From Vicugna vicugna (lineage: Eukaryota), in the NCBI GenBank assembly GCA_013265495.1, contig MU061578.1, positions 3,607,308-3,671,307 of the forward strand: a stretch of DNA of 64,000 nucleotides. Direction: 5' to 3'. Positions 52,400 to 64,000 of this stretch are shown here, one piece after another (positions within the stretch are counted from its first letter, which is position 1; each line of letters opens with the position of its first letter). A program made the translations under genes and the position numbers. The notes under the pieces are model-generated. The model saw only the letters and a program-made list of their open reading frames with translations. It did not search any database and had not been told where the DNA came from.

Positions 52400-53205
52400 C
52401 TGGGAGGTGGGCCTCGGGGCAGGCCACGCAATTCTCTGCCTGGCTAGCACCAAACCCCGCAGGTGAGAACGAACCTGCTAACCAAGCTTCAAAGCTGCCG
52501 TACGCGGGGAGGACGCCTGAGCCTCTCAGCCGCAGTCGCAGGGGCCGCAGCTCGTGGAACCTACAGGCGGCAGAGCGGAGTCGCGGCCGCATAGACTCCT
52601 GGTCAACGCGGGGTCGCCGTGGGGGCCCCACCGGCCCTGCGCTACCTTCATCTCCCCGCCTGGACCCTCCCGATCCGGCAGGGCGAGGAACGCGCAAAGC
52701 CGCGGCTCGGCGGCGAACCGGCCCCGGGGGCGGCAGGGGGGTGGGTCGGGGGCAGGGCGCGCGCAGAGGAGCCACACAGGGGGCCCAGCCCGGCAGACTT
52801 ACAGTAAACGAAAGCGAGGGCCCTCAGGAGCACGATCCTGGTCAGCCAGAAGGTGCCCGCACGAAGGCGAGCCGGGCAGCCCGCGGGGTCGCGCCCCGGC
52901 CCTGGCGGAGACCCATGCACTGGGCCCGCTGCCTCGGCCTTTCGCCTCCTCAGCGACTCCTCGGGCGCCGCCATCGCCGGGCGGTCAGGGCGCATGCGCG
53001 AGGAGAGCCTCGCGCCGGAGCGCCCCGCCCACGCCGAGAGGCCCCTCCCGCAGCTGGAGGTCACTCCCACTCCGCCGACCACGCCCACGCCAGGGGGAGC
53101 GCAGACCAGGCCCGATCGCTCGCGCGCCCCCGGCAGGCCTCGAGGGGCGTTGCACCCGTGAGGTGGGTGCCTGGAGGACCGCGCAGCGCCCTACCTGAAG
53201 CGGGA
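52400..53205. promoter_or_regulatory. CpG-island promoter of LMF1
   Basis: Very high GC and CpG density around exon 1. GC box gccccgccc at 53022-53030, ccacgccc repeats at about 53079-53090, and the palindrome GCGCATGCGC at 52990-52999. No TATA box seen. Confidence 0.9.
52803..52995 (-). CDS. LMF1: LMF1 coding exon 1 (193 nt; MRPDRPAMAAPEESLRRRK...GTFWLTRIVLLRALAFVY)
   Basis: ATG at 52995-52993. The translation matches the LMF1 N-terminus as I recall it (human MRPDSPTMAAPAESLRRRK...GTFWLTRIVLLKALAFVY). GTAAGT donor at 52802-52797. Lies in a CpG island. Confidence 0.96.
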
Positions 53206-53210
53206 TTGAC

Positions 53211-53306
53211 CCACTCACTCACTCATTCATTCGTTCATTTACTCACTCATTCATTCATTCATTTACTCACTCACTGATTCATTCATTCACTCATTCGTTC
53301 ACTCAC
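53211..53306. repeat. (TCAC/TCAT)n tetranucleotide simple repeat
   Basis: cactcactcactcattcattcgttcatttactcactcattcattcattc..., directly flanking the CpG island. Confidence 0.93.
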
Positions 53307-55234
53307 TACATCAGCCAAGGTTGCAGAGGCCCTCGATGCACTCCCCTAACCATGTGCCTGTCTTCTTGGGAGGGGCAGAAGGTACTTCAGAAGCAGAAAT
53401 GCAATGTAAAGGAGAATGTTGGAAAGCGAATGTCTGACCACAAGCCTGGTCAGCGTCCAGGGCAGCTGGGATTTGGTAGCCAAGGACCCTGGAGGGTACT
53501 GCACTCCCTCTGCGTGCCCTGGCTGTGTGTGGACTTGAGTTCCTGCAGAGGAAAGGCCAGAGCAGCAGCTTCATCCCGGAGCTCTAGGCTGTCACCCCTT
53601 GCATGGGATGTGTGGCCAGGTACCTCACAGGTATCCCCTCACCAACTCCCCATCTCTGCTGTCTGAGGAGGATGCCGGAGTGATGGTCACACAGCTAGTG
53701 AAGGACAGTGCAGGCAGCAGCTGGGCTCTAAAATTCAGATCCTCCAGCTTTTTTTCCTCTTCCCCATCATGACCTCACAATGTATCCTCACAGGACAAGA
53801 AAGTTCCCTTAGACAGTATTCCTACTGGCTCTCAAGTCTGGGCATCCAGCCACAGGGGAGAGCGATGCACTGAGGATTCAGAGGAGGGAAGAACTTACTG
53901 ACTAATGACCCAAGCAGAACCCTAGTGAGGACACCAGCAACTCTACATTTCGAAGATACAGGAGAGGTGTCTCCAAGTGGGTGGAATCATAGGCATTCCT
54001 CAGAGGAAAGAGGAGGTGTATAAGAGAGTAGGCATTAGAGTTATTAGGTAAACTGTGGGACACTGGAAGCAGATCATTGAAGTAGGTGTGGGTTTTCTTA
54101 TTAATTTTTTTATAACTCTTTAAATATTAAATATCCTATTCTTGTATGTATATTGCAAATATCTGTCCTGCGATTTTTGTTTGTTTTTACATCTTGTTCC
54201 TAGTGTTTGACATATAAATTATCAATATTTATGTGGTCAAATGGTTGGTCTTTCTTGCTTGTTTAATTACATCTTCACCACTATAGTAGGAGCCCCATGA
54301 AGTCAGAGACTGGCTCTGGACATAGGATCTCCCAAATTAGGCTGGACCAGCAACTTCTAGAACCCCTCTTCAGCCTCCAGCTCCCACCCTTATTGTTGGT
54401 GTAATAGCATTTATGTGCATCTTAGTGTGATTGTTTTTTTAAAGCTCCCCTTTCTTTCTATGAAACATCCTTCCTTTAGACCTCGTCTGTGAAGTGGGAC
54501 TTGCGAAATATTTTCAGTGCAGGGTGCAAACACCTTCTGCATCCTGGTGAGCCCCCAGCAGGGAAGCGTGTGCCCTAGGGCTTAACACTTAGCCTTGGCA
54601 ATGCCCTGCTTCCAGGTCCTTCCACATGAACCTACAACCTGCACCCCCGACCCCATGCTGTTTGGGCACTGCTTTCGGGATGGGCCCAAACAGCCATTTG
54701 GGGAAAGTGGGGGAAAATCCAGCACCCTCAGCCCATGCCTGCCCAAGCTTCCCTGGGTCCCCGCCCGGATGTGGGAGCTGCGCAGAGGATGGACAGGAGG
54801 CAAGGAAGGACAGCTCTGCTGTCAGGTGTGACCCTGGATGCTGCTTTTCAGGTGGGGACAGTTCTTACAAAGGGCCCTTTGTTCTCAGCTTCCCCTGGCC
54901 GGGGCTGCATTGTTCCCCCCCTAGAGAAGGGCACAATGGGACATTGTGTAGAGCAGAAAGGGGCCCCTTGTCCAGCTTCCAGCTCACTGGGCTCCGGGCT
55001 CTGGGCTCCCTCCCCGGGTTTGCCCAGGGTGGGCGAGGCCATCAGAGAGGTCTGCTGGGAGCTCATGTTCTCATGTTTCCTCTGGGGTCCTCCTTCCTGG
55101 GAGCTGACTGCAGAGGTCCAGTCCATCTGAGGGTCTAGAACCATCATAAGAGTGAGCCCCATGGAGCAGGGCTTGGCGGAAGAAAGACTGGCCAGTGGCT
55201 CAGTTCTTGCCTGTTTCAGCCTGAATTTAATCAA

Positions 55235-55597
55235 ACAAGCTTGGGTGTATTATTCAGCCATAAAAAGGAGTAAAGTATTGATACAGCATCATGCTCAGTA
55301 AGAGAAGCCAGACACACAAAGCTGTATATTGTATGATTCCATTTATGTGAAACGTCCAGGATAAGAAAATCCACAGAGACAGAAATTAGATCAGTGGTTC
55401 CCAGGAGCTGAGGATGGGAGGTTGAGGGGTGATTGCTAACAGGGACCACCTTTCCTTGTGGGGAGACAAAAATATTGTAGAATTAGACAGAGGTGATGCT
55501 TGCCCAACATGGTGAGTGTACAAAATGCTACTGAATTGTACACTAAAAAATACTTAATTTTATGCTATGTGTATTTCACCAAAATTAAAAAAATAAT
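55235..55597 (+). mobile_element. L1MB-like 3' end
   Basis: tattattcagccataaaaagg...tatgattccatttatgtgaaacgtccag...ctactgaattgtacact, followed by an A-rich tail. Confidence 0.8.
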
Positions 55598-58079
55598 CTG
55601 CCCTAGTCCTTGTTTTGGAATCTCCTAAGAAAGCACTGCTTTTACCTATTGGAATAGATCACGTTATTTACACATAACTTACACCTTCATCTATAGCAGG
55701 GAGCATCCAGCAGTTTTAAGATAATATTTAGATATGCGTACATCTTATGCTCCATGAAGGTGCCCCACTCAAAAACAAACCTTTTCTGCAAACCCTGAGC
55801 CTCAGGGCTGGAGGCCTGTTGCTGGGATTGCAGGGCAGGGGTGGGGAGACAGAAATGCTTTCCTCTCGCCCCACAGCTCAGCGCCTGCCAGCCACAGGCA
55901 CGCTAGGGTCTCTACCAAGCAGCCCTTCACCAACACCAGGGGCCTGGGGGAGCCTCCTGAGCCTCGATTTTCAAGCCAAAAACTACATGAGAATAAGTCA
56001 AGCAGATACAGAAGAGGCCGGAGGTGCCCAGAGTGGGCCTGACTGCCCTCGGCTCTGGTTGCAGGAGGACCCAGAGCTGAGCTCCAACTGGACAGAGCCA
56101 GAAAGGGTGGAGACAGGCGGGGAGGGAAAAAAGGGGGTTTCCCTGAGAGGAGCCGCTAGTTCAACATGGGCTGGTGTCCTTGGAACCCCTAAGTGGGCTA
56201 GCCTGCAGCTCCCCCAGTGCAGCCCTCCCACTCCCAGTGTGGCCCCAGAGCCAAGGCGCACAAGCTCTGGCTGGCGGCACTCCCAGCAGCTGCGGGATGG
56301 CTTCACTACTAAGGAGCCCCATGTCGGCACCTCGTCCAGCTGTCCCTAGACACCCGGGCCTGGCAGCCCCCACTGCATCAGGATGATTGTCCCCAACGTG
56401 CCTCTGCAGCTGTCTCTGGCACCCACCAGAACCCAGCTTGGGCCTAAATCTAATCATGTACCCTTCATTTACCCTCATTTTTCATGTCTTGACATCGTTG
56501 ATTGTTGGGGGTGGGCAGGACCTGCTGGTGTTAACATCTGTCACTCTCTTTTGGAGAGGTGGTCAGTTTGGGCTGGCCCTACCCTTATGGCCCAGTGGCC
56601 AAAACCCCCTGGTGAGGCTGGCAGGTGTGGGCAGGGGTGGGCGAGCAGGTGCAGGCCATTTGCTGGTTGTTCTGGAACCGTGACTCATGGACGGCTGTTC
56701 TGCTTGGCTCGCCCATCTCCTCTCCTAGCACCTCAGCTCCAGGCCATGACCACTCCCAAGCCTGCACCCCAGAAGGAGATGTTGCCCCGTGTGGCCCTCA
56801 TGACTACAAGGTAGAGAAGAAAGCAAAAAAGAAAAAGAAAAAAAATCCCCATGCAATTATATTCTCTGGTTGTAAATCCCAGTGCGGGTAAAGAACAGAC
56901 AGTTCAGTTATTTTCATAGAATCATATTCTGAACTGGAATAAGTCTTGGAAACTGCCTAGGCCAGGAGTCACAAACAGGCCTGCAGGTGAATTTGGCCCA
57001 AAGAGCTGTATCAATTACCAATTGCCACAGTGATGCCACATAACAAACCCGCAAACCACAGGTCGTTGTGTTGGTGGGCAGTGCTTTCCATCCAGCTGGG
57101 CTCAGGAATGCCTCCGTGGTGAGCTGAGGTCTGGGTGGCAGCAGAGCCGTGGGTTGCCGTTAGGATGACTGTGGCCTCTATCCAGCCCCCCGCAGGCCCC
57201 ACCATTCCTCACAGCCTCTCCCACAGCAGCTTCCACACCCTCTCCCTGCCTGGCTCCTGAAGGTAGCCGCATCCAAGACCCCGGATTTGGCCCAAACCTG
57301 CAGGTGCTGAGGGCTAGGTTGGGGAAGCTAGTGCCCAATGCCATCCATCACTAGGTCTTACCTTCCTGTGACCCTTGCCCAGTGATTAAAGCAGACGATT
57401 CATTAAAAAGTGGGCAGCATTGCTGTTACAGGCTCTCCTGAAGCGGGAGATGTGCTCTGAAAGTTTCCAGCTTGAAGTGGTGGTGAGCTCCCAGACAAAA
57501 TACATGACACATCAGGCGTTGGCTACTACACACCCAGCATCCTGCATAGGTCAACTCATGAGGGTCTGGTGGGACCCCTCCAAAACAGATAGGCACTCTG
57601 GACTCTGCTGCCCAGAGTCACCCCATAATTTGCCCAAAGCTACAGGCCACAGAGGACAGCATCTGGACCTGTGACCTCAAAATGCCTTCCTTTCCAGAAC
57701 TCCTTCTTTGAGAAGCCCCACAACCCCCTCCTACACTTTCCACACCCCAAGGGCAGGAGGCAGGGGCAAGGACCAGCACACAGCCCCAGTTCACAAAGCA
57801 GCCAGGGCACCTTGTTTTACTTTATTGGAATGCTTTGCTGGCACAAGCTTCTGGAGGGCAGGGTCCCCAGGAACTTCACCTGCTGTTCCAGCACCAATGC
57901 AGGTTTGGCCTCAAACCCCAGAAGTTTTTGCGGAATGAGCCAGAGGATACAGAACGCTCTAGGATCCCGTCTCATGGACCTGCACAGAGGCTGTGGGGAG
58001 GTTCTTCATCATATAATAGTGATAGGTAATGTTGGAAGCTGCCAGAAATTGCTTCTAACCCCTCGGGTTGAATCATTGC

Positions 58080-58167
58080 TTTTTTTTTTTTTAATGGCGG
58101 TAATGGAGAGTGAACCCAGGACCCTGTGTATGCTAAGCACTTGTTCTACCACTGAGCATACTCTCCT
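58080..58167 (-). mobile_element. Short tRNA-derived SINE (same family as 43285)
   Basis: The reverse complement is ggagagtatgctcagtggtagaacaagtgcttagcatacacagggtcctgggttcactctccattaccgcc plus poly(A). tgaatcat flanks both sides. Confidence 0.8.
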
Positions 58168-61129
58168 GCTGAATCATGACTTCTAACTGATGCCCAGGGG
58201 TCATGTAATCAGGAGCTTCCAGAGCTGGCTCATCAAGGCCACTTCTGCACCCACCTCTGCACAGCCCACTCAGCGCCTCTGTCCCAGGGAATGGTGGAGG
58301 GAGCAATGGACTCTTAGCCATTGCTCCCAATCCACTACCCCCAAGGTCCCAGCTACCTCCTTTGCTACTGGCCAGGGCACACAGCCTGGACAATGGGTGC
58401 TCCTGCTCGTGCTGGGCCAGGGAGCCAATTTCTTCTCAAACTGGCACCAGGTGAAGGGGTGGGAAACGCCAGTTTGAATGACAAAGTTGGCCCACATCTC
58501 GATGTCCTCAGGTTCTGGGGCACAGGAGCAGGTGGCTGATGGTCCCGTTTTACACATACCATGTCCCACAAGGAAGAGGGCCTTAGGGTTTGTAGCCAAG
58601 GAGGCTGGGTCTCCAGCCCCTCCAGCTTCCCACACCAGGCCCAGAGGAACCAAGGAGGAAAAGAATTTCCTGCGGCATCTCTGCCCCAGCCTAGTGCCTC
58701 TGGAGGCAAAGCTTCACCCCAGCCATGTCTGAACCCACCATGCTAGCTCTCACCTCACTGCAGAACCACCCAGCTCCATTCCACGACCCTAACGTGCCTG
58801 CCTGAGAGCATCTTAATTAAATTGTCCTTCACCATGTTCAGAAAATCAGTAACTAGGAGATGGCGGAAATCTTTTGACAGAGCGTGTTTTAATTTGCCTT
58901 CGACACCGCTGGGTCTCTGGAACCTCCCATCATGGCAGAGGTGGCCAGGGCCCAGCCGGCTGGAGCTCCTTACTTGGAAAGGGGATTTTCTCTGTGACAC
59001 GTCTATTTCCAGCCATGTTGTTCCCTCCCAGTCACCCTTAACACAGGGCTCGAGCCAAGGGGTTCAACTTGGACAAGAGGCCTCATAAAACCTGAGAGTT
59101 GAGCTTGGAAGGAGAAGCACAGGTCTCAGCAGCCTGTTTAGGCTCAGAAAGCTGCTTTTCTGTCGTGAGAGTCAGTTTCAATGTCCTGTGTCCCCTCCTG
59201 TAGGTGGGCCAAGAAAGTCTTTCCAGGCCCCTTTTCTTCTCAGAGCTTGAGGCTGGGGTATAGGAGGCGAGTGGGGCCTGGGGGTTCAGGAGACTGAGTG
59301 CCCAAAATGAGAGTGGAGTCCAGGGCCTAGGGGAGTGTGGGCCCAGAATGGAGCTGAGGTTCAGGGACCCCAGGAGTCTGGTATCCCCTAGAGCCCTTCT
59401 GCATGGACAAGGAATGGAATTTATTGGCCTGTGGGGTTGAGATGTCCAGAGGGAGAGATAGCCTGATGCCGCAGGCATAGCCTGAGTCTGCAGCCCTGGC
59501 CTTGGGCCGCTCACACTTTAGGACTCAAGTTTCCTTTGTGGAAGATGCTGCATGTGCCTGGCCCTGACCTTTTGGTGCTTCCTCTACCCCTGGGACTCTG
59601 CCTGAAGATGGTAAGTTTTTGGCTGCAGAGTCATCCTCTGCCCACAATGGCTGCTGGTGGAGTCAGCTCCAAGCCCACTGGCTGGAGAGAGATGGATGGG
59701 CACAGCCGGAGGCTCAGGGGCTGCTACCAGAGGGGGTGAGTGGGGGCCAGAGCAGAGACCACAGCTGTTCCAACACATCTGTGCAGGCATATCTCCCTGG
59801 GCAGACAACGTGCACTTGGGTTAAGCATTGCCCTCTCCCTGAATCCTTTCGAAGGAGAATGTCCACAGCCAGGGATCCGACCAGCTGTCAGTGACTGACC
59901 TCAGGCAGGGTGGGTTTATTTATCAGGAGGCCTCAGAACTGGTGAGAAGGTGCAAAGGATAGCCTGGGGCAGGTTCACCCTTACCTGAAGGCAGGAGGCA
60001 GCCTGTGGATGGGCCCACAGGAAGCAGTGACAGGGCTCTGGAACAAGCTGCACGGGGCCAGCACCTGCCACAGACTGGCAGAGAGGGGAGGAATCTGGGA
60101 GTGAATGTCCAGTATCCTCTGCATGGAAGGATAAGAAACAGACACACAGCCAGCTTCTGAAGGGACATCAGACCAACCAAGGGGACGGCTTCGGCTCAAA
60201 CTAGAACTTCCACACCAGCTGGCAACTATGTTGGGGAGGGGAGTTTCAGCAAAAGGCCTGGCCCAGAGCCCCAGGAATCTGTTACCCGGGGAAGCTGGAC
60301 CCCTGGAGACCCCAGGAGACCCCTCTTCTCTCTCTGGAGACCTGATGGGCCCGAATGAGGCTGTCTTTATGGAGCTGCTGCTCAGAGCTGCTCCCTCATC
60401 TCTGGCTTGGATGTTGGGTTTCTGAAGACCGGCCGGTAATTAAAAGTACCAATTAATCTCCGAGGTCAAGCAGGGGTTCCTAGGATGTGATGCCAACTGC
60501 CTCAGGCCAGCTTGCCAAGAGGCCCAGGCCAGGGCTGTGGACACACAGGGGACACACCGGCCCTGGGGCTTCTGGGCTCACGTGACCTGCCCTCAATGCC
60601 TTTCTCTTAGAGACTGTAGTAACTACAGACATGGCTTCCCTGACTGTCCAGGAGGAGGACCAGGCGGGGGCCAGACAGAGGACGGACAGGGCAAGGAGTG
60701 AAGGCAGGGTGCCCTCCTCTGTGGTGGCATCTAGCCCTCAGCAGCCCCTTCACACACTGACTTCTTGAGCTGGCCTAGCAGCCAACGGGTGGGAGGGCTA
60801 GGAGGTTTTGCACCTGGAAAAGGTTTCCATGGAGCTCTCCAGCCCTAGACTGGTCAGATCTCATAGTTACGGGGGGGTGCCTGCCAGCCCACATCTCCTC
60901 TGAAGATACCCTTGGAGCCTCTGCCAGGGGTGTGGGTTGAGAAACATTGTTTACATCAGCTTTCTCAAGCCCCAGGCTGATGGTCCAGGAGCAGGGACCT
61001 GGTCCAAACTTGGCCAATTAGATCATCTCCCTGACACTGCAGAGTCCACTGGATGAAGACAGGCACAGTGGACTGGGGAACGAGATGACAGGAAGGAAGA
61101 GCTAAGAGAAGAGGGGAGCCAGGAGGTGC

Positions 61130-61340
61130 ACTGAGATGTGGTCTAAAGAGCCATCTCTCAAGTTTAAAGTCACTGTGGCCTTGCTCTGTTCTCAGATACC
61201 CTGTGCTCTTTGCTGCCATGGGGCCTTTGCACATGCTCCCTCCCCTTTCCGAATGCTTTCTTCTCTATTCAACTGGTTGGAAGCTTCAGGCCTCAGCTTG
61301 CCATGTCCTCAAAGCTGCCTTCCTGGACCACCATACCCTC
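61130..61340. mobile_element. Possible L2 fragment
   Basis: gggcctttgcacatgctccctcccct...gaatgctttcttc...cttcaggcctcagctt resembles L2 text. Confidence 0.4.
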
Positions 61341-62175
61341 AGCCTGTGGTAAATGTCTCAGCCTCTTGGTGTGCTCACTGTTGGCCCCCTCCTCAAACTC
61401 CAGCATCTCCTGGGCACTGTGTTGTGTGGTTCTGTGCTGTGTTGCCTGAAAAAGCCCCAGCACACAGCAGGAACTTCCATATGGGTGAACACTCGAACCA
61501 ACCATGGCCACCTCCTCCTCTGAAGGCCACGTCCTAGTGTACACTCAGGGGCTCCCTAGTGACTGAGGATATGAACCGAGGTCAGCACTAATGGATGGGG
61601 CCAGATAGTACACTGGCGAATTTTACAGACCTTCAAGACTGCCAGGGGGCTTTGAGGCACTTCTGGGCACCACTCCCATGTCAGCAGCCAGCCTGAGTCA
61701 AGCCCTGGCAGGAATCTGCCTTCCCCAATCCTGTGGGTGTGGCAGCCTGCACACATATGATGAGGCTGCCCACCAGCACCCCCATCAGTCCCTGGGGTCA
61801 TCACTGCAGCCTGGTGGAGTCAAGAGTGGGGCCTAGGACCACGGATGCCACACACTGTGACCCAGGTCTGGCACTGGACTCCCCGAGCTTGGCCTCTATT
61901 CCTCTAAGCGTCCTAGCAGTCATCTGTCTGTGTCCTAGGGACTAGGGACACAACTGTGTAGTGGCCCTGTACAGGTTGGTGGGAAGCAGGGAGAAGCTGC
62001 CCTACCTGGGGTACCCAACACAGCCTGTGCTCCGTTTTCCTCAGCAAAGCAGAGCTCTTCGTGGAAACACAGACCCAGTGCCTGATGGCATGCCAGCACA
62101 GGGAGTGGTGGGATCTGCTCCCCAGGGCAGGGTTGGGGGCAGGACAGTTTGGACCAGGTCTGTCATCCCCGCCTC

Positions 62176-62662
62176 TGTCGACTGAAATAAAGGCACAACC
62201 TAAAAGTTGAGAGTTACGTTTATTTGGTGGACACTTCTGAGGACTTGAACCCCTTCAAGCCCAGGGTGACAGCCTCTCAGATTGCTGAGGGACTGGTCTG
62301 CAGAGGCAGGGGAGGAGCCAGGATATATAGGAGCTTTACAACCAAGACCAGGTAGTCAGAACATTAAAAGATTACTGTTAACTAAAGAAAACCAGACATC
62401 TCAAGTTAAATAATTTAGTACTTTTCTATATGTGGGAAAGCACAAACATCTAGGCTCATTGAAATCATTCCTTTGATATGCACCGTAGCTATATAGGGCC
62501 AGTGTCTTGTTCTTTGACGTCCTTCAGGGAGCACCACTGGGGGTGGCAGTAGAAGCCAAGCTGCTTGCTTGTCTATATCCTGAGTTGGCAGTAATGGCTG
62601 ATGATTTGATGGCCACAGCATTCTTTGTTTACTGATACAGCTTGCAGTATTTTTTGTTCATA
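62176..62662. mobile_element. Solo ERV LTR (ERV1/MER4-group-like)
   Basis: Begins TG (tgtcgactgaaa) and is about 490 bp. Contains ggggaggagccaggatatataggag, catctcaagttaa and ggctcattgaaatcattcctttgatatgcacc, typical of laurasiatherian LTRs. Confidence 0.6.
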
Positions 62663-63459
62663 CCTACTTCCACCACTTCCACCCTGCTTTTACTTGTATG
62701 GGTTCCCAGAGGCCAATAAGTTTGATAGTGGTTGCCCCCGGGGCAGCCCCTACTTGGGCCTCCCTCAGCATCCTCAGACTGCAGTGCGGGACCCCAAGAG
62801 GAGGGCAGGACCTCCAAAGGAAAGCCACTTAAGACCAGCAGGAAGGGTGTTCTTGGCATGTGACGGAGCAAAGGCAGGCAGGCAGCAGGAGGAGAGGCAA
62901 GAGAACAGGCCACTCTTTAGAGGCTAGCTCTTCCTCCGACGTGGAGGGAGTTGGGGGGACTCCCAGCGCACTATTTACCTTAAAGAGTAAGGCTCCTCGT
63001 GGTGGTGCTTTCCTGGAAGGTTGGAGGTCAGGTTCAGACTTGGGGCAAATGGACTAGCCCAGTGGCAAAGAGAGCCCTTCCATCATCCAAAGTTGGTAGG
63101 GACCTGGGCAGCCTGGGAGCTGGCCCCTCCCTCTTAGGCCTGGGTACCAGCAGTTCCAGATGCAGGTCTGCAGCATCCTGGGCAGCCCCAAGAGCCAGTT
63201 CAGCATCCAGCTGAAACTGGCTGAAACTGGCTCCAAGACCTAGTCTGCAGAGTATTCATTTCTAAGGAGTTCACTGACCAGGCTCTGGGGTACTGGGATG
63301 GAACTAGCAAGGGGGTACTGTCTCCCATGAAGGTGGAGAGGGGTGAGGGGGCAGGAGACCCTTCCTGCGAGGTCAGAGCCTTGGTAGCAACCCTTGGATT
63401 GGTAAAGGCGAGAGGGGGAGGCCCTTCAGCACCACCGGCCCCTTTTACTAAGGCTGTGG

Positions 63460-64000
63460 GAGGCCACTCGCCCGGGTATCCATAACTCTGCGGGAGGCGC
63501 GCAGTTGGGGAGCTCAGTGCCCTGGCCTAGGCTCCCCCGGGTCACGTGGGACACAAGCTCGGAGTTGGCGCGTGTTCGAGTTGGCCGCCGAAAGAAGGAA
63601 GTCTATCGAAGCTCTGGGCGGCCGGTCCTTCGCCTCCCGGCGGGCTTGGCGAAAGAATTCGAGCTGCCCTCGGGGACCGCCGGGCCCACGGCCAACTCGC
63701 GGGGGCGGCCTCGGGCGGGGACTCGGAGCCTCGTCCCGGCGCTTGCCTCCAGGGAAATGTCCCCTCTCCGACCCCACCGCCCCCACCAGAGCGGCACACC
63801 CCGCCCCCTTCCCTCCTCTGCGGGCGCACCCACCTCCTCCACTCCAGGCGCCCGAAGTGGCCTCCGCCTCCGCCTCCGCCAGACCACCCAGGACCGCCCC
63901 GCCGGGCGGCCTCTGTGCCCCCACCCCCCGGGTCACGCCCGGAAAGCCTCGGGCCCCCGCGTCCGGCCACGCCATCCGCTGGGCCGCCCCGGGGACTCCA
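63460..64000. promoter_or_regulatory. CpG island (truncated at the window edge), probable SOX8/CEROX1 bidirectional promoter region
   Basis: Dense CpG, GC boxes and (GCCTCC)n. It lies about 10.5 kb upstream of LMF1 exon 1, where SOX8 starts head-to-head in human and mouse. No SOX8 coding sequence is visible in the window, so the identity rests on synteny. Confidence 0.7.

Larger units (their letters stand above)
1..52995 (-). other. LMF1: LMF1 gene body (partial, continues beyond the left edge). Introns: 42404-52802, 33734-42093, 10918-33722, and intron 4 from 10768 leftwards
   Basis: Four ordered, phase-compatible exons. The next exon (GLIKIRGD...) was not found in 1-10768. Confidence 0.9.

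Noticed and set aside
51979..53277. 432-aa plus-strand ORF (and the overlapping 300-aa minus ORF 51873..52775)
   Set aside because: They span the CpG island, where stops are scarce. The products are Arg/Gly/Pro/Ala-rich with no recognisable domain, and the plus ORF ends in translated microsatellite (LTHSFIH).
63514..63975. Gly/Arg-rich ORFs in the terminal CpG island as SOX8 coding sequence
   Set aside because: They are on the minus strand with no HMG box or SOX8 N-terminus, so they are GC-content artefacts.
1..64000. CRISPR arrays, operons, rRNA or other prokaryote-type systems
   Set aside because: The sequence is clearly mammalian (spliced gene, L1/SINE/LTR, CpG islands), and I saw no regularly spaced repeat-spacer array.

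Overview
Mammalian genomic DNA, most likely a camelid, judged from two tRNA-Ala-derived SINEs that resemble the Vic-1 family. The window holds the 5' part of LMF1 (lipase maturation factor 1) on the minus strand. I read four coding exons with canonical AG/GT boundaries: 52995-52803, 42403-42094, an 11-nt microexon at 33733-33723, and 10917-10769. Together they give 663 nt (codons 1-221). I did not find exon 5 or later, which probably lie left of the window. A CpG-island promoter sits at about 52.4-53.2 kb. A second CpG island at the right edge fits, by known synteny, the SOX8/CEROX1 promoter region. The introns carry many old L1 fragments, SINEs, LTRs and several AT-rich motif clusters that may be enhancers. 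The most unusual structures are two TSD-flanked retro-insertions: an L1/non-L1 chimera at 2451-3071 and a four-segment inverted L1 at 43646-44464. I see no convincing evidence of a new multi-gene system, and almost all listed ORFs are GC-rich noise. Repeat family names are by eye and their boundaries are approximate.
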